The position numbers were made by a program, and so were the translations under genes. A DNA stretch of 64,000 bases from Eledone cirrhosa (Eukaryota). Positions 54,233 to 64,000 of the stretch are shown piece by piece. Every line of letters starts with the position of its first letter. The stretch's first letter is position 1. The stretch lies in assembly GCA_964016885.1 (NCBI GenBank), contig OZ024743.1, positions 34,348,001 to 34,412,000 of the forward strand, written 5' to 3'. The notes below the pieces were generated by a model. That model was not told where the DNA came from. It saw only the letters and a list, made by a program, of their open reading frames with translations, and did not search any database.

Positions 54233-54763
54233 GTTGTAACCTAGTGAAATCGATTGGTACTAATAGATATCGCTACAACAATGTAGAGAATCTCACTCTG
54301 GTGCGATCGGTTGGTTATGATGAAGATTACCCTGTTTCGAAACCATTTAAATACATAAGAACAATCAGCACCAGCCTTTCAGACGGCCATATGTGGAAGA
54401 GGTTTTAGTTAATACTCCGCCAGGTATAACTTCAACCAGGCTACTTCCGATTTTAACAATACACTGGCAAGAAGTGCCTTTTTCGAGGAACTGATATACA
54501 TGAAAGAAGCCCGATACAACACCGGTATCAGGAAAAGGGAACTCGGTTTGTTTAGTTCCCCCATTCAAAATTAACGTAACCAATAACACAACCAAGAAAT
54601 TGCCCAGTAACACCCTGTTTCCCAACCATTTATAAATACGAATAACTCTTCCCCGCTATTAATGGCATAGTGAAGTACTTTTTCTGGATAGACACGCACA
54701 GACACATACACACATACACACACACACACACATAATTACACACACACATACACAGACACATAA

Positions 54764-54817
<54 letters not shown>

Positions 54818-54957
54818 GGTGTCCCCCAAAAATGTATACACACGTTAATTACCTGTACAGGCAATATTTATTAGAATTCTGTTGAAGTAAGTATACAATT
54901 TTTGGAATACTCTCTCACTCTCTCTATCTATCTATCTATCTCTCACTCTCACTCTCT

Positions 54958-55062
<105 letters not shown>

Positions 55063-55159
55063 TATATATATATATATATATATAGTATTGTGTATATATT
55101 TTTATCATTATATATTGTATAAATCTTTACTATTATTACTTTTACGATTTTAATAACAT

Positions 55160-55536
55160 CTGTAATTTTCGTTCAACAAATTTATTTACATTATTCTTAA
55201 ACTCCTCCGGAGTTGAGAATCATTCGATTTCCTGAATAGAATATTAGTCTAATGTCTCTAGTTATAGCATAAACGGGGTTTGGGTTGTTGGTCTTTGCGT
55301 GGAATTGTTCGCTCCGCTCCATATAAGGACGTATTATCTTCGCTTTTTTTCCGTTCATTGCCAAAGAACGTCTTCACGAACCAAAGTATCGCCTTCCTGT
55401 TTTCTTTCGGTTGCAACGTTTTTCGAAATATTTACTTCTGCGTCCACAGATTGATTTTTTTAGTTTCAGAAGATCACGTTAAGGGTGAAAGCAGCGATTC
55501 TTTGCTTAATTGCTTAAACTTTAATCTGTTATTTTA
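55160..55536 (+). mobile_element. Naiad-type PLE 3' UTR / pseudo-LTR copy
   Basis: Diverged direct repeat of ~58040-58510. Confidence 0.75.
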
Positions 55537-55547
55537 TATATATATAT

Positions 55548-55728
55548 ATAGGGAATAGTTTAACCCCGACGACAGAGCTCAAGCGGTTTCGACGGCTATT
55601 TCCGTCGAAACGGCTTGAGCTCTGCCGTCGGGGTTAAACATTTTCCTATTACCCACTCTTCTACCCTAAGTATTGAATACTCTGGTGCGTTATGGTCCAT
55701 CTGGTTCCTTACAACACTTTATTCGTTA
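55548..55728 (+). mobile_element. family B HHR-derived fold-back insert
   Basis: ~100-bp palindrome centred on gacggctatttccgtc; right arm GAAA-CGGC-ttGAGCTCt-GCCG-TC-GGGG plus tail. Confidence 0.75.
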
Positions 55729-55739
55729 TATATATATAT

Positions 55740-58515
55740 AGTAATAATAATAAATTTGAAGACTAAAATCCAAAGAGGGCACGATAAGGATAAATATATA
55801 TCAAATATATAAGAACCGTAGAGCAAAAACTAATCGGTGCGTCATCAATGAAATCAACGATGCTGTGTTTAAAATCACCTCTGATCTCAACATCCTGGAC
55901 CGGACCGAACCTCTGGACCCTATTTCTCCCCACTTTACCCTGAAGGATCACAAATCCAATTTTCCGAACAACCCCTCTATTCGGCTTATTAACCCTACGA
56001 AGTCCGATTTAGGTAGACTTAGAAAAAGGATTCTTGATAGAATTATACCTGAAATTAGAAGTTTGGCCCCTCTTGCACTGTGGAACAATTCTTTCGCGGT
56101 GATTGATTGGTTCAACGGCATATGCAACAAGGAACATTGCCGTTTTATCCAATTCGACATCAATAATTACTACTCCTCCATCACTTTACCACTTCTCCTT
56201 AGAGCTATCAATTTCGCTAAAACACTCACAGTGGTTAAGGATTTCGAAGTTGATGTCATCCTCAATGCCCGTAAGTCGGTGATTAATTTCGACGACTCTA
56301 TTTGGATTAAAAAATCCAATAGTAACCCATTCGACGTGAGTATGGGCGCCAGCGATTCTGCGGAGGTTACTGATCTTATCGGCTTTTTCCTTCTTTTCTC
56401 TATCAAGGACGAATTCCCCAACGCGTGATGATGGTCTTTTGACCATGACTAAGTGCGGCCCTCGTGCTTGCGACAGGTTCAGAAAAGAACTCACAGCTTT
56501 CTTTAAAGGCTTCAACCTCTCTATACAGGTTGAGGCCAACCTCTCGGCCGTTAATTACCTCGACGTTACCCTCAATTTTTCGAATGGCTTGTATTATCCG
56601 TATAGAAAGCCGAATGATACGCTTAATTACATAAGTAAGCATTCCAACCATCCTGCCAGCATAACCAAGAACCTGGTAAGAAACGTTTCGTTGAGGCTTT
56701 CCCGTCTATCTACTAACGAGCATATTGTCAACGACCATTCCACTTATTACAATGAAGCTCTTGCTCGGAGTGGATTTGTCGATAAGGTATCATATACAGA
56801 GTACGAGAATAGACCTAGAAGAAATAGATCCCGTCGCATTATATGGTATAACCGACCATATAATATGGAGGTGACCACACCATTAGCTAAGATCTTTCTA
56901 TCCCTTATTACGAAGCATTTTCCCCCTACACATAAATATAGTAACATTTTTAATAGAAATACTATTAAAATTTCTCACTCTATGACTCCTAACCTTGCAC
57001 ATAACATCACAGCTTCAAATTTAGCTAAACTACCTAGCCGTAGGAACACGTGCAACCCTGTAGCTAGTACTAACAGTAATTGTAGGAATCGGGTTGATTG
57101 CCCCCTATCCGGGAAATGCCTCTCTTGTAACATTGTCTACTAATGTAAGGTTGAAACACCCACGTCCCGTAGGGTCTACATAGGGTTAACCGCCAATAGA
57201 TTCAAGCAGCGTCTTTACATGCATACCCATTCTTTTCGTTACCCTCTAAGAAGGAATATGACGTCACTTTCAGCTTATATCTGGAGTCTAAAAGACAATC
57301 ACACCCAATATAAGTTACACTGGGAGATCCTATAACGGAAATAAAATACCATGTGACCTCTGCGCCGCTGAGGCCCTGGAAATACTCTACGCCACAGACC
57401 ACATCTTAAACAAAAAATCTGAGGTAATTTCGGCTTGTAAACATAAATTGCACAAAACTTTCCTGTATTACAGCCCCACATTATACCCTAACGGATAGTA
57501 CGATCTATACGTGGATATTTTACGTCTTGGTGTGGTAGCTAAGTATAGGTTATGTTTATACCATTACTTATTTGTATAGGTAAGTATATATTACCTGTAT
57601 GTTTTGTGAAGGTACGTATACTTTCTCGTACGTATATTTGATTGTATATGTTATGGCGTATATTTTTATATATTCTGATACATATGCTTATGGTTATGTG
57701 TATACGGGAGTTTTGCGTCTGTGTGAGTATGCGGTTTCGTACGTATGTTGGGTGTGTGTATATGTGTTCTTCGTGTTTTGGTTGACGTTTGTCTCCGAAC
57801 ATTTGTGTATTTACATGTAGGTATGTGTGTGCGCTTGTTATATACGTATTTATTTATATACGTTTATTTAATTACTTATTTATTTGTATACACGCACACA
57901 CACACACACATATGTATACGTGCGTGGTTTTGTATACCTATGGCGAGTGTTTTCGCGTATGCTTGTGTATGTACGTATTTGGATGCGTGTATGTATTTAT
58001 TTAATTTCAATTACCTCTGTATTGTATTTTATTTACTTTATTCTTAACTCTTAAGCGGATAATCATTCGGTTTCCTAGTTAGAATTTTAGTCTACGACTT
58101 CAGCTATACCATTTACGTGGTTTTGTCTTTGCGTGCAATTGTTCTCCACGCTCCACATATGACGTATTATCTTCGTTTTGTTTTCGTTCATTGCCAGAGA
58201 ACGTCTCTATGAACCACCTAAGAGAGCATTAGTCTACGACTTCTTTTATACCATTAACGTGGTTCTGTCTTTGCATGTAATTGTTTTTCGACCGCTCCTA
58301 TTAATGACGTATTATATTCGTTTTTTCCCGTTCTTTGCCAGGGAACGTTTCCACGAACCAAAGTATCGTCTTCCTGTCTTCCTCCGGTTGCAACGTTTTT
58401 TTTGAAATATCCACTTCTGCGTTTACAGATTGACTTTGTTAGTTTCAGAAGATCCCGTTAAGGGTGAAATCAGCGATTCTTTGCTTAAATTTTAATCTGT
58501 TATTTTAATAAATAT
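55740..58515 (+). mobile_element. Penelope-like element, Naiad type, 5'-truncated with inverted 5' tail
   Basis: RT + GIY-YIG remnants, long 3' UTR, (TA)n flanks. 55740-55826 matches the inverted tail in the 3181 and 44994 fragments. Confidence 0.88.
55830..57470 (+). pseudogene. PLE reverse transcriptase / GIY-YIG endonuclease, disrupted
   Basis: IRLINPTKSDLG, QFDINNYYSSI, MGASDSAEVTDLIG, RDDGL, YLDVTL, YRKP, SNHP, NCRNRVDCPLSGKCL..IVY*..VYIGLT..FKQR, CDLC..E..I, LNKKSE..CKH. Confidence 0.92.
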
Positions 58516-58675
58516 ATATATATATGATTGATATATAATTATAAATATGTAGGGTAGTACTAAAGCACTAGGTTTCCTCCTTTTCTATATGATGTCACTG
58601 ACACTGTCAATAGTTACGTATCTTTATCAATGTTCTGAAGACTACGATTATAATTACCTGTTTAAACATTATGTA

Positions 58676-58722
58676 TGCTCTGCTGAACACAGACATTCGT
58701 CTGGAAGAAACAATTGTCAGCA
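58676..58722 (+). ncRNA. hammerhead ribozyme with core substitution (CTGCTGA)
   Basis: TGCT-CTGCTGA-ACA-CAGAC-ATTC-GTCTG-GAA-GAAA-CAATTG-TC-AGCA; paralog of 50675-50719. Confidence 0.7.
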
Positions 58723-58761
58723 ATTAAATGTATTAAACTAAGATTTGATTGTTTTATATTT

Positions 58762-58796
<35 letters not shown>

Positions 58797-58797
<1 letters not shown>

Positions 58798-58845
58798 AAA
58801 AGAGTCAGGACCCCGGCGGCTGAGCTCCGGCCGTTTCGACAGCTA
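58797..58845 (-). mobile_element. 49-bp family B fragment in (TA)n
   Basis: Near identical to the arm of the 13075 palindrome; ends at gtttcgacagcta. Confidence 0.75.
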
Positions 58846-59207
58846 TATATAGATATATATATATACATACACACACGCGCGCACACAAACACAAACACAC
58901 ACATCATAATCATCATTTTACGTCCGCTTTTCCCTACTTGCAAGGGTTGGAGGGGTCCTATTCAGCACAGCATCTCTCCAATTGTCACGGTTCTTTGTTT
59001 ACGCGCGTGAGTGTCTGGGCTACCAATTCAATATTAATTGTCATGAACTCCTTGCTTGAGTAAGCATGTGTTTTAGCTGTACATATCTGTGTATACTCCT
59101 ATTTTAGTGCACATGTGTGGTCTCTATCCTTTCACCAATCTGTGCTCAAATATCAAAAAAAAATTGTTTAGTCTACGAAATAATTTTTTTCTTTTTGACA
59201 GACATTA

Positions 59208-59269
<62 letters not shown>

Positions 59270-59322
59270 ACGCACAGGCACACACACAACTTCTCTCTAT
59301 GTCTGTCTCTCTCTCTCGCTCT

Positions 59323-59376
<54 letters not shown>

Positions 59377-59435
59377 TTATACATACATATATATATATAC
59401 ACAGACACTCATATATATATATCGATGTTTATGTA

Positions 59436-59476
<41 letters not shown>

Positions 59477-59514
59477 CGGTAAAGCAGACGGGTAAAAAAG
59501 GCGTACACATATGA

Positions 59515-60003
59515 GTATACACTCATACACACACACACACTCATATACACACACACACTCATATACACACACACACTCATACACACACACTCACACACAC
59601 ACACACACACTATAACACACACAGACTCATACGCACATACACTCATACACACACTCATACCACATACACTCATACACACGCACACTCATACACACATACA
59701 CTCATACACACACACTCAGACACACACACACTCATACCCACACACACTCGTACACACACACACTCAGACACACACACACTCATACACACACACACACACT
59801 CATACACACACACACTCATACACACATACACTCATACACACACACACTCAGACACACACACACTCATACACACACACACACACTCATACACACACACACT
59901 CATACACACATACACTCATACACACACACACTCATACACACACACACTAATACACACACACTCAGACACACACACACTCAGACACACACTAAACACACTC
60001 AGA
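59515..60003. repeat. compound (CA)n/CTCATA microsatellite
   Basis: CTCATA(CA)n units. Confidence 0.95.
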
Positions 60004-60099
60004 CGTTTATATAACACCAGAGAAACATACTTTAATCATAATCAGATAACGTATAGCATGGAGCGAAAAAAGAAAAATACCCCATACGTACACGATGGC

Positions 60100-60512
60100 G
60101 CACACATAGAAACACACATGCACACATATATAGCCATATACACACACATATACACACATACACACATATACACACATATACACACATATATACATATATA
60201 TACATATATATATTAAACACACGCATGCGCACTCACACAAACACACGTGCACACATATATAGTCATATACACACACATATACACACACACATATATATAT
60301 ATACAAATTAAACACACGCATGCGCACACACAAATGCACACACATATACACATATACACATATACACACACATACACACACATATACACATATACACATA
60401 TACACATATATACAAATTAAACACACGCATGCGCACACAGACAAACACACATGCACACACATATACATATGCACACACACATATACACATGCACTTACAT
60501 GCACACACATAT

Positions 60513-60554
<42 letters not shown>

Positions 60555-61121
60555 TAAACACATGCATGCGCCCACAGACAAACACACATACACACACATA
60601 TACATATGCACACACATACACACATGCACTTACATGCACACACATATACACACACATATATATATACACATTAAACACATGCATGCGCACACAGACAAAC
60701 ACACATACACACACATATACATATGCACACACATACACACACATATAAATATACACACACATACACACATATATACACACACACATATATATATATGTAC
60801 AAATTAAACACACGCATGCGCGCACACACAAACACACATGCACACACACATACACACATGCACTTACATGCACACACATATACACACACATATATATATA
60901 TATACACATTAAACACATGCATGCGCACACAGACAAACACACATACACACACATATACATATGCACACACATACACACACATATAAATATACACACACAT
61001 ACACACACATATACACACACACATATATATATATATACAAATTAAACACACGCATGCGCGCACACACAAACACACATGCACACACACATACACACATGCA
61101 CATACACACATATACACACAT

Positions 61122-61177
<56 letters not shown>

Positions 61178-61260
61178 TAAACACACGCATGGGCACACAG
61201 ACAAACACACATACACACACATATACATATATACACACATATATACAAATTAAACACATA
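60100..61260. repeat. higher-order compound microsatellite
   Basis: Anchor attaaacaca(c/t)gcatgcgc recurs about every 95-145 bp in a CA/TA matrix. Confidence 0.9.
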
Positions 61261-61753
61261 ATATAAAAGAATAATACATAAAGGAAAGGAAACTGCGATT
61301 CTAGAGGTCCCCGAATTTAGAACCCAACTAATTCAAGATGGTGCCCGTGAGATAACGCCCTGATGCTAATAGACAGTTCAAAAACTAGGACGAGAGCTGT
61401 ATAAAGTCGTAAGAACACCTGTTAAGTAACAAACGGTGCGGTATAAAGTCCTTGGTGTTTAGATCAACGTTCCATTATCAAACTTCTTTACTGAGACAGA
61501 CCGTGTAAGCCTGATATTTCAGTTCTGTTGTTTTGACAAAGCATCAGGCATCCGGTCCAGACATTTAAACACAGAGATTAGATTAAAAGTCATTTGTAAA
61601 ATGATGGGAGTTATTGCGTTGAATCTAATTTAGTGCCGGTGAGTAAGGAGGACGTCGTTGTAGTGGAATTAAGTGGTGGAGGTGAGCGGGGGTGAGTATT
61701 AAGAATGAATAACACCTCTGTTAAATTTCGTAGACATTTTGTTGGGAGTGTTA

Positions 61754-61835
<82 letters not shown>

Positions 61836-61872
61836 TTATATATTTATATATATATGTATATATTTATATATT

Positions 61873-61904
<32 letters not shown>

Positions 61905-62135
61905 CATTTATATATATTGTTATATTTGGGGAGGGTCATATTTGCGTAATATTGCCAGAATTAATAACAGAACACACTCACTGTTTGGTTGGTTTTCGCT
62001 TCTCGCTGTCTTTTATATATATATATCTGCGATCTAACTTACTCGGTCCTCAATGTTGCCATTGACTGACCGGCGGTCAAAAATAATACAGATACAATAT
62101 AGACAAACACATATATATATAGTTTACATAATTTA

Positions 62136-62173
62136 CATAAATCTTTCGTTGCACATCTGCAACATCGTCAGTG
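62136..62173 (-). ncRNA. minimal hammerhead ribozyme in the PLE 3' UTR
   Basis: Minus strand: CA-CTGACGA-T-GTTGCA-GATG-TGCAAC-GAAA-GATT-T-A-TG; ~270 nt after the stop codon; stem I only 2 bp. Confidence 0.75.
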
Positions 62174-62442
62174 GTGTTATATTCATTGTTCCTCCTGTTG
62201 TGTTGTATGTCTACGCCATTTTTTTGTTCAGTCTGTCTATATATTTATTTATTTATTTGCTTGTTTGTTTATCTTATTTTATTTTGTCTTCTTTGCGCAT
62301 GCGTTTGCGTGTGTGTATAGTGTTATGTGTGATGTGTGACTAGTGTGTATAGTGTTGTGTCTGCTGGGTGACTAGTGTGTGTTTATGTGCTTGTGTATGT
62401 ATTTATTTATCTTATTTTATTTTATTTAATTTACTTATTTAT

Positions 62443-64000
62443 TTATACTTCTCTTAGGTCAGTGTTGTTTGTTTGGGTGTTGTTGTTGTTCCACTCATTC
62501 TTTCTGTTTAGCTTTGGTCTTCTAATTTCTATTTCACTGGCCTCTCTGATTTGCCTATCTGCTGGGTCATTCCTATGTTTAGATATTATTCTAATTTCTA
62601 TGTTGTCTATGTTACCGTCATGTTGTTGTCTAGCATGTTCGTATAGTACTGACCCGTTTTTTCGTCCTTTTAGTTCCCCCCAGTGTTGGTCTATCCTTTC
62701 ACCTATGCTACGAGCTGTCTCACCTATGTATGTTGTTGTCGTGTTTCTGCAAGTACCCTCTGTACATCTTATGCTATAGACTACGTTTCTAGTTTTACAG
62801 TTTATCCGGGGGTTCACCTTACATATGATACATTTCCTATTGGTACAGTGGGTTTTCTTAAAAGGGTAGGTTTTGCTGATCAGGGATTTTATGGTGGTTC
62901 CTGGCTTTTCTACCACCTTTATTTTTAAGTGGGTCTTTCTCAGGGCCTTTCTACACTGGTTAGCTAATTTCCCTCCAGGGGTGGCGTCCACAAACATGAC
63001 ACTCTGATATCTCTGGTTGTCGTACCATGATGTGGCCTTCCCTATCTTATGTCTAGCCCTATCTAAGCTATTCCATGATTTGCTCCTGTATAGTGGGCAA
63101 ATTCCTTTCATGTCCAGTTCTATGAGGGTCTTATACTTTTCCATGGCTCCTTCGTATACTCTGACTCTGTCTCTTTGGTTGTAGCCAGAGAACTGCATGC
63201 GGTTGATGAAGTGTTGGATGTGTCCTTCCATTTCTGTTGGGTCGCACATGCTGGACACATTCTTCATCACTCGTACCAAATCTGCAATCAGAATATTAAA
63301 CTTAGCACTACTGGACATTGCTGAGTTTTTGAGTATCAGGTATTTGGAGGCCATGGGTTTAGCATAGTGTGAGTGGAGAATTTGGGCTCTCTCGTCTATA
63401 GTGTTAATCCAGAGTTCTGTGTCTAATACAGGTAGTCTATTGTTAGGGTGTTTGGAAGGGAAGTCTATAGTTACAGTTATACTCTGGTGTATGGAATTAG
63501 CTATCTGCTGGATGCTTTCCATCGTGCTACGTTCTAAATCAAACTTGTTAGTGCTCTCTAGTGGGGGTGTTCTTATAACTATATTGATATCGTCTACATA
63601 ACGAGAGTACATGATGAGGTCTATGGAGCTTTCATTAAGGAGATCTTTAAGTCTCCTTTCCCACCATACCATGAAAAGGTTGGCAACATCACCAGCTATG
63701 CTGACGCCGATGGCTGCTCCCTCATTTTGGGTGTAGATTTTCTCATTGAACTTAAATATGTGGCCCTTTAGGGTAGTTTTGATACTAGCCCCTATTGCAT
63801 GTGCGACCATTTTTCTTACCTGATCAGTGTTTTGGGGGGTCCGTATAGCTTTGGTCCACCCAATCCACCTTCCTATGGGAGTCTTTTTAGCCATTGAGGT
63901 TATGGTGGGGGGTCTACCTCTTATAGGTCTACTAGAGCAGAAACATCTAAGGTCATGGCTGTCTAGGTAGTCAGTGTCGTAGGTAAGTCTAAGTAGGAGG
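62443..64000 (-). CDS. Penelope-like element RT + GIY-YIG ORF, open to the window edge
   Basis: QNEGAAIG, RYVDD, LPVLD, YAKP, VMFVDATPGG, CTNRKCIIC, VVYSIRC...YIGETARSIGERIDQH, QIREA, LNRKNEW. The frame stays open upstream of the track ATG (…RGRPPTITSM). Confidence 0.93.
   Translation of the reverse strand, partial: LLLRLTYDTDYLDSHDLRCFCSSRPIRGRPPTITSMAKKTPIGRWIGWTKAIRTPQNTDQVRKMVAHAIGASIKTTLKGHIFKFNEKIYTQNEGAAIGVSIAGDVANLFMVWWERRLKDLLNESSIDLIMYSRYVDDINIVIRTPPLESTNKFDLERSTMESIQQIANSIHQSITVTIDFPSKHPNNRLPVLDTELWINTIDERAQILHSHYAKPMASKYLILKNSAMSSSAKFNILIADLVRVMKNVSSMCDPTEMEGHIQHFINRMQFSGYNQRDRVRVYEGAMEKYKTLIELDMKGICPLYRSKSWNSLDRARHKIGKATSWYDNQRYQSVMFVDATPGGKLANQCRKALRKTHLKIKVVEKPGTTIKSLISKTYPFKKTHCTNRKCIICKVNPRINCKTRNVVYSIRCTEGTCRNTTTTYIGETARSIGERIDQHWGELKGRKNGSVLYEHARQQHDGNIDNIEIRIISKHRNDPADRQIREASEIEIRRPKLNRKNEWNNNNTQTNNTDLREV

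Noticed and set aside
55462-55505. Functional HHR in the Naiad 3' UTR (also 58441-58485)
   Set aside because: Core reads CAGAAGA in both copies and no stem I pairing is found; treated only as an HHR-like relic hairpin
57070-58400. Selenocysteine/SECIS in the Naiad-type element
   Set aside because: The in-frame stop at 57141 is TAA, not TGA. The duplicated 3' UTR ATGAC motif lacks the apical AA and GA quartet geometry.

Overview
AT-rich, microsatellite-dense eukaryotic intergenic/intronic DNA. The dominant tRNA-derived SINE and repeat style suggest an octopod cephalopod (inference). I find no convincing host protein-coding exon; almost all ORFs in the supplied track are microsatellite translations. 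Recognisable elements: a hATm-type DNA transposon with a perfect 8-bp TSD (25309-28257); a Mag-like Ty3/Gypsy LTR element with a 5-bp TSD and an internal 3' deletion (37952-42124); two Penelope-like elements (a decayed Naiad-type copy at ~55830-58515 and an open RT+GIY-YIG ORF running off the window end); Helitron pieces; a mariner fragment; several MITEs; and ~25 SINE copies or fragments. The main unannotated signal is a dense population of type-I hammerhead ribozyme (HHR) motifs. Six have intact cores (3502-3637, 4480-4545, 4799-4839, 8113-8148, 45253-45288, 62136-62173), two have a single core substitution, and several are half-HHRs. They sit in short non-coding inserts, mostly in or next to (TA)n tracts. 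One is a retrozyme-like 425-nt repeat whose boundary lies 1 nt from the predicted self-cleavage site. Several inserts are fold-backs or truncations that break in HHR stem II. A second oddity is three inverted-repeat cassettes that enclose tRNA-like sequences. Everything was read by eye, so boundaries not defined by a TSD/TIR are approximate.
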